Below are positions 8,217 to 15,935 of a DNA stretch of 32,000 nucleotides, piece by piece (within the stretch, counting starts at the first letter, position 1; every line of letters starts with the position of its first letter). The stretch covers positions 1,293,350 through 1,325,349 of the forward strand of contig FO203512.1 of the NCBI GenBank assembly GCA_000967895.1, written 5' to 3'. The position numbers and the translations under genes are program-made. The notes below the pieces were generated by a model. That model searched no databases, was not told the origin of the DNA, and was given only the letters and a program-made list of their open reading frames with translations. Origin of the DNA: Oleispira antarctica RB-8. GTDB taxonomy: Bacteria > Pseudomonadota > Gammaproteobacteria > Pseudomonadales > Oceanobacteraceae.

Positions 8217-10349
8217 TTATAGAATTTCAATGTTTGATTGCTTACGGCAATAGAACTGATACATTCCCGCAAAAATACTCTCATCGTCCTGTTCCACTGT
8301 ATCCCAATTTTCTAATGTATTGTTACCTTTTAGCTTACCAATTGTGCTTTCGAAAGCTTGGTGAGCGCTGGTGGTCGGTAGCATGCCGATAAAATCGAGC
8401 TTATTATTCGCAAGTAAATTTGAGATTTTAGTGGCTGTAAATTGATGTTCTTGTGCGTGGAATATTAAGTCACGGCAATTACTCATACTGTAAAAATCAT
8501 TAGAATTAACAATTTCATTCCAGTCTCCAGGAATTTGATTCATTAATAACGCTTGGCGTAATAATCGTTGATCCAGTGCCTTACCTTCATTTTTCTCTGA
8601 TTGCAGGTTGCTCTGTGCAATGAGTTTTCTAAAAGTGATTACTTGCTTACGTGCTGCTTCGCTGTATAGAGCAATTTTCATTACCCCAGTAGGCGATAGA
8701 AGGTGTTGTAGGCTCTGCAAGCCTTGCTCGGGGTTTTCCATGTGGTGAAGCACCCCAGAGCATTCAATGACATCAAACAAGATTGGGAAGTCGCTGAATT
8801 CTAAAATATCCGCCTGTATAAACTGAATGTTTTCTACATTATATTTACTCGCTTGTTGTTTAGCATATGCTAAAGAACGACTACTTAAATCGATAGCAAT
8901 AATATTCAAATCATTGAAGTAGCTGGCTAAACGAATAGCTTGGCGGCCTGTGCCACAACCCGCGACGAGTACGTTTAATTTTTTCTTTCCTTGCCAGTGA
9001 CTTAAATTTAAATGTGGAAAATTCTTTAATAGTGCCTGTTGATAACTACTTGCAGTATTGAAACCAATATCTTTCCAGCGCGGGTAAGGGTTTTCTTCGT
9101 ATTGAGCTTGGACTTTTAGAGAGACAGAGTTTCTATTGCCTCTATTTTTATTGTTCAGGTTTTTATTAGAGCGATTGGTATGTGACCAGTAGGGCAATTT
9201 TTTAGCCAGTTGAATTTCTTTATCACGATTGTTAATTGCGTAATCAATGATGTCGGCTAAATAACTGTTTTTTAATGCCTGTGTGACGTGCTTAGACGCT
9301 AATATTTCAGCGAGTTTTGTCTGAGATAAATCTTTGTATTGTGCCAAGATAAGAATCGCAGGAGCTATATCATCAAGCTTCCATTCAGTTTGTTCGGTTA
9401 CTTGCAGTAATAGTGTTTCTAAGCCAGAAATTATTTCTTGTTCGTTTTGGGTTACTGGCCAAACGTATTCATTTAATTGAGCTTGAACGGCCATGTCGTG
9501 CGCCAGCTCTAAATGAATGCTGGGGATGGTCATGTCTTGAACGGTATTAAATAACAAGGTTTGCCTAAGGCTAATAAATAAACGTTCTAATAAAGCATCG
9601 CAAAAATGGAAACGTTTTAAGCTATTTAATAATAACAGATCGCTCGCAATTTGATCAAACTCAAGTGGCGTGCTGGCTTCATTAATTTTAAGTTTATGAT
9701 GCAGCAGTGTCGTAATCAGATTTCTTAATAGTGAATGATCAACGTTTTCAAAATTTAGGTAGCGTAGAACGTTTGCTTCTAATTCTGGAGAATAAAAATC
9801 AGCATTAATATGTGAGGCCGATTCAAATAACTTATTCCTAATGTGTGGGTCGTTTTCTTGCGTCTTGATTAATTCTTGATACAGCTGAAATGCTTCAACG
9901 TATTTGCCTTGTTCTAAATAAGTATAAGCCAGAGATGAAGCTGAACGCGTTGCCACCTTGGATATTTTTAATGACGCGCTAAAATGTTTTTCAGCTAGGG
10001 TCAGTTGCCCTAAAGCCAAGGCAATATGGCCAGCACTGTACAGTGCGGTAGAGCTATCGGGTTTTGTGCTTAGAGCGCGATCAATAATGCTTTGCGCTTT
10101 GTGCGGATTACCCACGAATAATTCAATACGTGCATATAAGTTAAGCCCTTTAATGCCGCTAGGATTAATATCAAGGGCTTGCTTAACCTTGTACAAGGCA
10201 GTCTCTAATAAGCCCTCGTTGATATCGGTGGCATGTTCAGCAGATTGCAGCTTGGCGAAGTCACGACTCGCCTCTTGTACCAACAAGGTATAAGAGTCGA
10301 GATCAATACGACGGGTCGTTTTTGTATTAGAGGCATGTAAAAGGTTCAT
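8217..10349 (-). CDS. TPR-repeat protein fused to a class I SAM-dependent methyltransferase (710 aa), function unknown
   Basis: The N-terminal third has TPR-like repeats (..ALYKVKQALDINPSGIKGLNLYARIELFVGNPHKAQSIIDRAL..; ..LAYTYLEQGKYVEAFQLYQELIK..). The C-terminal part has methyltransferase motifs: LNVLVAGCGTGRQAI (motif I), IIAIDLS, IQFIQADILEF, FDVIECSGVLHHM. It is the only minus-strand gene in the window. Confidence 0.85.
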   Translation of the reverse strand: MNLLHASNTKTTRRIDLDSYTLLVQEASRDFAKLQSAEHATDINEGLLETALYKVKQALDINPSGIKGLNLYARIELFVGNPHKAQSIIDRALSTKPDSSTALYSAGHIALALGQLTLAEKHFSASLKISKVATRSASSLAYTYLEQGKYVEAFQLYQELIKTQENDPHIRNKLFESASHINADFYSPELEANVLRYLNFENVDHSLLRNLITTLLHHKLKINEASTPLEFDQIASDLLLLNSLKRFHFCDALLERLFISLRQTLLFNTVQDMTIPSIHLELAHDMAVQAQLNEYVWPVTQNEQEIISGLETLLLQVTEQTEWKLDDIAPAILILAQYKDLSQTKLAEILASKHVTQALKNSYLADIIDYAINNRDKEIQLAKKLPYWSHTNRSNKNLNNKNRGNRNSVSLKVQAQYEENPYPRWKDIGFNTASSYQQALLKNFPHLNLSHWQGKKKLNVLVAGCGTGRQAIRLASYFNDLNIIAIDLSSRSLAYAKQQASKYNVENIQFIQADILEFSDFPILFDVIECSGVLHHMENPEQGLQSLQHLLSPTGVMKIALYSEAARKQVITFRKLIAQSNLQSEKNEGKALDQRLLRQALLMNQIPGDWNEIVNSNDFYSMSNCRDLIFHAQEHQFTATKISNLLANNKLDFIGMLPTTSAHQAFESTIGKLKGNNTLENWDTVEQDDESIFAGMYQFYCRKQSNIEIL

Positions 10350-10387
10350 GGTTCAATACCGAAATTATTTCTAGTTAATGAGACTAA

Positions 10388-10402
10388 GCAAGCCTAATGC
10401 CA
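10388..10402 (-). promoter_or_regulatory. Sigma-54 (RpoN) promoter for the TPR-methyltransferase gene
   Basis: The minus strand reads TGGCATTAGGCTTGC, that is TGGCAT-N5-TTGC with exact GG-N10-GC spacing. It lies about 39 nt upstream of the ATG (10349). Confidence 0.7.
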
Positions 10403-10522
10403 ATTAAATAAAACGTTATTTTTCAATGACTTAAGAAAATTTTATATGGCTTTAATATGGGCTTGCCGCTAAGAGCGGCAGCCGATGACCGTTATGTTTT
10501 TAATAAATTACTCATAAACTAT

Positions 10523-10549
10523 TAAAGTATTCGATTGATTGGCCGTCAT
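10523..10549 (+). promoter_or_regulatory. Sigma-28-like promoter for fliS
   Basis: TAAAGTAT (10523-10530) and GCCGTCAT (10542-10549), followed by AA, with 15 nt between TAAA and the -10 box. The -35 matches 7/8 and the -10 matches 5/8. It lies 38 nt upstream of the fliS ATG. Confidence 0.5.
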
Positions 10550-10586
10550 AAAAGGTGAGAAGCAGAATCAATTAAGAGGCTGAGTT

Positions 10587-11042
10587 ATGTATAACAAGGG
10601 CGCAAATCAATACCGCCAAGTCGGTATGACATCGGAGGTTGAGGGGGCTGATCCTCATCGCTTAATTCAGATGTTAATGGAAGGTGCATTGACTCGGATG
10701 TCGCAAGCAAAAGGTATGATTGATCAAAAGAATCATGAAGGAAAAGCAAAATTATTAGGTCGCGTGATGGACATCATTGCGACGCTACAATCGAGCCTTG
10801 ATCATGACAGTGGTGGCGATATTTCTTCCAATCTAGACCGTTTGTATGACTACATGAATCGTCGGTTATTGGAGGCTTCTAGTGCTAATGATACTTCAAT
10901 GATTGATGAGGTGATGGCGCTATTGTTGGAAATTAAGTCTGGTTGGGATGGGATTCGTGACGAATATTTGGCAACTAGTGGAAAAAAGCCCAATAAGCAG
11001 AGCAGTGCGCATGAGTCTTCTTTAAAGGCTTTATCTGTATAA
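10587..11042 (+). CDS. fliS: Flagellin-specific export chaperone FliS
   Basis: YRQVGMTSEVEGADPHRLIQMLMEGALTRMSQAKG...KAKLLGRVMDIIATLQSSLD...GGDISSNLDRLYDYMNRRLLEAS...EVMALLLEIKSGW is the FliS four-helix signature. An RBS AAGAGG lies upstream. Confidence 0.93.
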   Translation: MYNKGANQYRQVGMTSEVEGADPHRLIQMLMEGALTRMSQAKGMIDQKNHEGKAKLLGRVMDIIATLQSSLDHDSGGDISSNLDRLYDYMNRRLLEASSANDTSMIDEVMALLLEIKSGWDGIRDEYLATSGKKPNKQSSAHESSLKALSV

Positions 11043-11087
11043 AGACTAATCAAATAATGAAAAAACATCGCTTTTTTAGCTATATTC

Positions 11088-11117
11088 ATCTTTAAGCTCT
11101 AAATAGAGCTTAAAGAT
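11088..11117. repeat. Perfect 13-bp inverted repeat (hairpin or operator) between fliS and fleQ
   Basis: ATCTTTAAGCTCT (11088-11100), loop AAAT, AGAGCTTAAAGAT (11105-11117). No T run follows. Confidence 0.6.
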
Positions 11118-11198
11118 GCTTGTCATCTCACGTCCTAATCAGCTATAAAAGTCCTCTAGACAATCTAATATAAAAATAAAAATACTTGCGTCAGAAGA

Positions 11199-11227
11199 TT
11201 GACCTATTACCAAATAGATACTTTACT
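11199..11227 (+). promoter_or_regulatory. Candidate sigma-70 promoter for fleQ
   Basis: TTGACC (11199-11204), 17 nt, then TTTACT (11222-11227). The call rests on pattern match only. Confidence 0.35.
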
Positions 11228-11309
11228 ATTAGCATCAAAGTCAAAATGATGGCAGAGCTGGCCTTAGATGCTAGTTGATTAAAAAATTATAAATTAAGGC
11301 ACATATCCC

Positions 11310-12773
11310 ATGTGGAGAGAAATTAAGGTTCTACTGATTGATGACGATAATCAGCGGAGCCACGATCTTAAAGTTATTTTAGATTTTCTTGGGGAAGAAG
11401 CTATTACTGTTGATGCCAATACTTGGTGTAAGCAGGTAGAAGCTGAGATCACGGAACGTAATGATATTTCGGCTGTATTACTGGGGAGTAGTACAAATAT
11501 TAGCTTAGCTAAAATGGTTGAAGATATTATTGCTTGGGATAACGGCGCGCCTATTCTTTATATTGGTGCTGAGTCTACCGATGATGTGGCAGATAATTTA
11601 CGCCGCGCTATTTTAGCCAAGATAGAAATGCCACCGAGTTATAATAAATTATTAGACAGTTTGCATCGTTGCCAAGTTTATCGTGAACAATTTACTCATA
11701 ATCGTAGTCGAGCTGAGCGTCGAGATGTTCAGTTGTTTAGAAGTCTTGTAGGTACCAGCCGTCAGATTCAAAATGTACGTGAATTAATTATGCAAGTGGC
11801 TGACAAAGATGTCAGTGTTTTAATTACGGGTGAATCCGGTACGGGCAAAGAAGTGGTTGCGCGTAATTTGCATTATCACTCCAATCGTAAATCGGGTCCT
11901 TTTGTACCTGTTAACTGTGGTGCTATTCCTGCCGAGTTATTAGAAAGCGAATTGTTTGGTCATGAGAAAGGTGCCTTCACGGGGGCGATTACAACACGCC
12001 AAGGGCGTTTTGAAATGGCTGAAGGTGGTACGCTTTTCTTAGATGAAATTGGCGATATGCCGTTGAATATGCAGGTTAAAATTCTGCGTGTTTTACAAGA
12101 GCATACCTATGAGCGAGTGGGTGGCACGAAAACAATGAAGACCAATGTGCGTATTATTGCTGCGACGCACAAGAATTTAGAGCAAATGATTGAAGGGGAA
12201 ATCTTCCGCGAAGATTTGTATTATCGATTAAACGTTTTCCCGATTGAAATGCCTGCGTTACGTGACCGTGTTGAAGATTTGCCGTTACTGTTGAACGAAT
12301 TGATTTCACGTATGGAGTATGAAAAGCGTGGTTCTATTCGTTTTAATTCTGCCGCGATTATGTCGCTATGTCGTCATGAGTGGCATGGCAATGTACGTGA
12401 ATTAGCAAACTTGGTAGAGCGTTTAGCGATTCTTCATCCTTATGGTGTTGTCGGTGTGAATGAGCTGCCCAAAAAATTCCGTCATGTTGATGAAACAGAT
12501 GAAAATGGCATGATGCAAGCTCCAGTCTTAGCGGATGTTACTCAGATTGAAAATGGTTTGGTCGGTATTGATTCTCCAGCATTATTACCTGTTAATGGCC
12601 TCGATTTAAAAGAGTACCTTAATGATTTAGAAAAATCGTTAATTCAGCAAGCGTTGGATGATTCAACGGGTGTTGTGGCTCGTGCTGCGGAGAAGTTAAA
12701 AATTCGTCGTACGACTTTGGTAGAAAAAATGCGTAAATACGATATAAGCCGCAAGGAAAAAGAAACGGCTTAA
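11310..12773 (+). CDS. fleQ: Sigma-54-dependent flagellar master regulator FleQ (FlrA)
   Basis: The N terminus [30 protein letters not shown] is a FleQ-type pseudo-receiver. AAA+ motifs are present: [40 protein letters not shown]. The C-terminal HTH reads [22 protein letters not shown]. Confidence 0.95.
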   Translation: MWREIKVLLIDDDNQRSHDLKVILDFLGEEAITVDANTWCKQVEAEITERNDISAVLLGSSTNISLAKMVEDIIAWDNGAPILYIGAESTDDVADNLRRAILAKIEMPPSYNKLLDSLHRCQVYREQFTHNRSRAERRDVQLFRSLVGTSRQIQNVRELIMQVADKDVSVLITGESGTGKEVVARNLHYHSNRKSGPFVPVNCGAIPAELLESELFGHEKGAFTGAITTRQGRFEMAEGGTLFLDEIGDMPLNMQVKILRVLQEHTYERVGGTKTMKTNVRIIAATHKNLEQMIEGEIFREDLYYRLNVFPIEMPALRDRVEDLPLLLNELISRMEYEKRGSIRFNSAAIMSLCRHEWHGNVRELANLVERLAILHPYGVVGVNELPKKFRHVDETDENGMMQAPVLADVTQIENGLVGIDSPALLPVNGLDLKEYLNDLEKSLIQQALDDSTGVVARAAEKLKIRRTTLVEKMRKYDISRKEKETA

Positions 12774-12794
12774 TACTCGCACTAGTAAAACAAT

Positions 12795-12828
12795 AAAACC
12801 CATAAGGCTCAGTCTTGTGGGTTTTTTT
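12795..12828 (+). terminator. Rho-independent terminator after fleQ
   Basis: AAAACCCATAAG (12795-12806) pairs with CTTGTGGGTTTT (12814-12825): 12 bp including one G-U pair, with a 7-nt loop. The T run 12822-12828 includes the last four stem bases. Confidence 0.88.
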
Positions 12829-12967
12829 ATGCCTGTTTTTTTTGTAGCTCGCCGTTTCTCAATTACCACTCTTTCATATTTTTCATGTCCCCCGTGTTTT
12901 TGTGGTCAGCTCTAGTGTTTAAAATTATATTTTCTGACGCTTTAATTAAAAAATCACGACGTAAAAG

Positions 12968-12983
12968 CGGCACGCTAATTGCT
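12968..12983 (+). promoter_or_regulatory. Sigma-54 promoter for fleS-fleR
   Basis: CGGCACGCTAATTGCT is GGCAC-N5-TTGC with exact GG-N10-GC spacing. It lies 56 nt upstream of the fleS ATG and follows the fleQ terminator. Confidence 0.8.
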
Positions 12984-13038
12984 GAATAGCTAGTAATACT
13001 ATTTTGATGTCGAATAACCGACACAAGCAGGAGCGTTT

Positions 13039-14313
13039 ATGGCTAGCGTCGCTTTATTAAATTCAGCGCAGAAAGATCTTTCAAATCGAGAGCTCTTGCA
13101 CAAAGAGCAACTTAATCGAGAGCAGTTGAAAGATGCCTTCAATTTATTCAGTACTATGTCAGATCAACTGTCGCAAAGTTATGAGTTTTTAGAATCTAAA
13201 GTTGAAGAGTTGAGCGGTGAACTGGCCGAAGTTTCTTATCAACGCATGCAAGAACTCGCCGATAAAGAACGTATTGCGGAGCGTTTAGAAAGCTTGTTGC
13301 ACATGTTGCCGGGCGGTATTTTATTATTGGATGGTGAAGGACGCATTCGCGAATGTAATCCCGCGGCATCAGCGCTGTTGCTGCCGAATGAAGGCAGTAA
13401 TAAGAGTGGAGTTGAAAATGATTTCTTACTTGGCAAACTCTGGCGTAACGTGATTAAAACCAGCTTTAGTCCTAAGCCTGACGATGGTCATGAGATTTCC
13501 TTGGTTGATGGTCGTCGAGTTAGTTTGCAAACTGCATCGCTAGGCTCTGAGCCGGGTCAGATTATTTTAATTACCGACCAAACCGAAACGCGAAAATTAC
13601 AAGAAAGTTTAAGCCAGCACCAGCGCTTATCTTCGATGGGAAATATGGTGGCATCGTTAGCGCATCAGATTCGTACGCCATTAAGTGCGGCGATGATTTA
13701 TGGCGAGCACTTACAAAATGAAGAATTGCAGCCAGAGCAACGAGAAAAATTCGCCAATAAAATGATGCAGCGTTTACATCACCTTGAGCATCAGATTCGT
13801 GACATGTTAATTTTTGCGCGTGGAGAAGCGCCGCTGAATGATGACATGGCGCTTTCGCAACTGTTGCATGATTGGCAGGAAGCGTTAGAAATTCCGTTGC
13901 AGCAAAATAATGCCACCTGTGAGTTCCAGGTGAATAAAGTTGATGTTCATATTCATTGTAATCGTGATGCATTAATTGGTGCGCTGATGAATCTAGTTAA
14001 CAACGCGCTTGAAGCCTGCGGCCAAGGTGCTGAACTGCATGTGAGAGTGAATGTAAATGCTCAGTTTCAGGTGAATATTGAAATTGAAGATGATGGACCA
14101 GGGTTTACCAACGCCATTAATGATCAGATATTACAGCCATTTTTTACCACCAAAAGTAATGGTACAGGCTTAGGGCTTGCGGTTGTTCAGGCCATTGCTC
14201 GCGCGCACTACGGTGAGTTCTCGATTAAATCAGCGGGCACGAAAGGCGCAATTGCGAGTTTTAAACTACCCGCACAGCCGATTGAAAAAAACCAAACTAA
14301 GACCAACCATTAA
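13039..14313 (+). CDS. fleS: Flagellar two-component sensor histidine kinase FleS (FlrB), cytoplasmic PAS-HK
   Basis: H-box SLAHQIRTPLSAA. ATP-binding N, G1 and G2 boxes: LVNNALEA, DDGPGF, GTGLGLAV. No obvious transmembrane segment. The gene sits between fleQ and fleR. Confidence 0.92.
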   Translation: MASVALLNSAQKDLSNRELLHKEQLNREQLKDAFNLFSTMSDQLSQSYEFLESKVEELSGELAEVSYQRMQELADKERIAERLESLLHMLPGGILLLDGEGRIRECNPAASALLLPNEGSNKSGVENDFLLGKLWRNVIKTSFSPKPDDGHEISLVDGRRVSLQTASLGSEPGQIILITDQTETRKLQESLSQHQRLSSMGNMVASLAHQIRTPLSAAMIYGEHLQNEELQPEQREKFANKMMQRLHHLEHQIRDMLIFARGEAPLNDDMALSQLLHDWQEALEIPLQQNNATCEFQVNKVDVHIHCNRDALIGALMNLVNNALEACGQGAELHVRVNVNAQFQVNIEIEDDGPGFTNAINDQILQPFFTTKSNGTGLGLAVVQAIARAHYGEFSIKSAGTKGAIASFKLPAQPIEKNQTKTNH

Positions 14314-14374
14314 TTGTCATTTTTAATAGTTGTGATTAAAAGCAGCTATCCAGAATAAGTACCGGAGAAACAAT

Positions 14375-15796
14375 ATGAAAATTCTAGTAGTTGAAGACGA
14401 TCCGAACTTAAGAGAAGCCATTGTTGATTCTTTGATGTTGAAAGGGCATCAGGTGCATGAAGTGTGTAATGGGGTTGAGGCAGTTAAGGTAATTGCTCAG
14501 TCTTCTTTAGACATTGTATTAAGTGACATTAATATGCCGCAGATGGATGGTTTGCAATTATTGGCGCAGGTTAAAAAGCATCAACCATGGTTGCCGATGA
14601 TTTTAATGACGGCGTATGGCGATGTGGGACAGGCGGTTAAGGCGATGCAGCTTGGGGCGAATGATTATTTGATGAAGCCTTTTGAAGTTCAGGAATTATT
14701 GTCGGTCATGAACAAGTATCAGCCGACGTCTGTGGTGGTTGAAGAAGATAAACCGATTGCTGAATCCGCTGTAAGTAAAAACTTATTTAAAATCGCGGAA
14801 AAAGTCGCGGCGACGGATTCTACCGTTTTGATTTCTGGTGAAAGTGGTACGGGTAAAGAGGTTTTAGCGCGCTATATTCATCAGTATTCGCAGCGTATTG
14901 GTCAGCCGTTTATTGCAATTAATTGCGCGGCGATTCCAGAAAATATGTTGGAAGCGATGTTGTTTGGTTATGAAAAGGGTGCATTTACTGGCGCGTATGC
15001 TGCCACTCCGGGTAAGTTTGAACAGGCTAATGGCGGTACGTTATTGCTTGATGAAATAACGGAAATGGATATTTCATTACAAGCCAAGTTATTGCGAGTT
15101 TTACAAGAACAGCAGGTTGAGCGTTTGGGGGGTAAAAAAGTCATCGATCTTGATGTGCGCATCATTGCGACGACTAACCGTGACTTAGCCGACTATGTTG
15201 CAGATGGGCATTTTCGCGAAGATTTATATTATCGCTTAAGTGTTTTCCCATTAAATTGGATGCCATTGCGTGAGCGCGTAGACGATATTAAACCGCTGAC
15301 ACAATTGTTGTTGCAAAAACATGCTGGAAAAATGAAAAAGCCGGTGCCGAATCTTAATAGCGAAGCGCAAAAGAAATTATTATCGCACCCTTGGCCGGGT
15401 AATGTTCGGGAGTTGGATAATACCGTGCAACGTGCGCTGATTTTACAGCAAGGTTTTGAAATAACCGCAGACGATTTAGTATTAACGCCTGTGCCGAAAA
15501 ATCGTCGCTTTGATGTACAAGAAGTGACAGAAAATCCGACGATTAATGTGTCCGGCAGTGAGGGTTCAGAAAGTTCAGTGGAAAGCGCCTTGGTTAATAC
15601 GTTAGGTAATACATTAGGCAGCGCTTTAGGCAGTGATTTAAAACAACGTGAAATCGAACTTATTGTGCAGGCATTGAATGAAGAACCTAGTCGCAAAGAG
15701 GCTGCTGAACGTCTAGGCATTAGTCCTCGTACCTTGCGCTATAAGGTGGCTAAGCTGCGGGAAGAAGGAATCGATATTGAAGCTCAGTTGGTTTAA
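14375..15796 (+). CDS. fleR: Sigma-54-dependent response regulator FleR (FlrC)
   Basis: Receiver MKILVVEDDPNLR...LSDINMPQMDG...KPF. AAA+ motifs [63 protein letters not shown]. Confidence 0.95.
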   Translation: MKILVVEDDPNLREAIVDSLMLKGHQVHEVCNGVEAVKVIAQSSLDIVLSDINMPQMDGLQLLAQVKKHQPWLPMILMTAYGDVGQAVKAMQLGANDYLMKPFEVQELLSVMNKYQPTSVVVEEDKPIAESAVSKNLFKIAEKVAATDSTVLISGESGTGKEVLARYIHQYSQRIGQPFIAINCAAIPENMLEAMLFGYEKGAFTGAYAATPGKFEQANGGTLLLDEITEMDISLQAKLLRVLQEQQVERLGGKKVIDLDVRIIATTNRDLADYVADGHFREDLYYRLSVFPLNWMPLRERVDDIKPLTQLLLQKHAGKMKKPVPNLNSEAQKKLLSHPWPGNVRELDNTVQRALILQQGFEITADDLVLTPVPKNRRFDVQEVTENPTINVSGSEGSESSVESALVNTLGNTLGSALGSDLKQREIELIVQALNEEPSRKEAAERLGISPRTLRYKVAKLREEGIDIEAQLV

Positions 15797-15825
15797 AACA
15801 ATGCTTCGTTAATAGATTAGAAAGT

Positions 15826-15841
15826 TGGCCCACAAGTTGCA
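15826..15841 (+). promoter_or_regulatory. Sigma-54 promoter for fliE-fliJ
   Basis: TGGCCCACAAGTTGCA is TGGCcC-N5-TTGCA with exact GG-N10-GC spacing. It lies about 95 nt upstream of the fliE ATG. Confidence 0.75.
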
Positions 15842-15856
15842 AAAAGGAAAGATAGA

Positions 15857-15870
15857 TGGCAAAAGTGCCA
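15857..15870. promoter_or_regulatory. Palindrome TGGCA-N4-TGCCA in the fliE leader (candidate enhancer-binding-protein site downstream of the promoter)
   Basis: TGGCAAAAGTGCCA is a perfect 5-N4-5 inverted repeat. It starts 16 nt after the -12 element. Confidence 0.4.
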
Positions 15871-15881
15871 AAAAAATATAG

Positions 15882-15911
15882 GTGAAGTTGAATTAAAAGC
15901 GTCAACTTCAC
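15882..15911 (+). promoter_or_regulatory. Perfect 10-bp inverted repeat or hairpin in the fliE leader
   Basis: GTGAAGTTGA (15882-15891), 10-nt loop, TCAACTTCAC (15902-15911). It ends about 10 nt before the fliE RBS GAGGTGG. Confidence 0.5.
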
Positions 15912-15935
15912 GAATAAAAGGTCGAGGTGGTGGTT

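Noticed and set aside
8099-8392. Small ORFs 8099-8284 (-) and 8183-8392 (+) near the fliD terminator
   Set aside because: One runs through the bidirectional terminator. The other is antisense to the 3' end of the methyltransferase gene. Both have odd, A/T-driven composition and are spurious.
10464-10488. 7-bp hairpin TGCCGCT-AAG-AGCGGCA followed by GCCGATGA (a sigma-28 -10-like box)
   Set aside because: No TAAA element lies at 15-16 nt upstream (that position reads CTTG), and no T run follows the hairpin. The TAAAGTAT-N-GCCGTCAT pair at 10523-10549 is a better-spaced fliS promoter. It is left as an unexplained small structure.
11250-11263. TGGCAGAGCTGGCC upstream of fleQ as a sigma-54 promoter
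   Set aside because: The GC lies 8 nt after the GG instead of 10, and there is no TTGC. Master regulators of this type are normally sigma-70 dependent.
13239-15720. Minus-strand and alternative-frame ORFs within fleS and fleR (13239-13436, 13571-13972, 14968-15165, 15229-15720)
   Set aside because: They are fully embedded antisense to genes with complete kinase and AAA+ motif sets. They have no independent signals.
15927-15935. GTG 15927 as the fliE start (as in the ORF track)
   Set aside because: The RBS GAGGTGG overlaps this GTG. ATG 15936 is at a proper distance of about 8 nt, so 15936 is preferred. The effect on the protein is only 3 aa.
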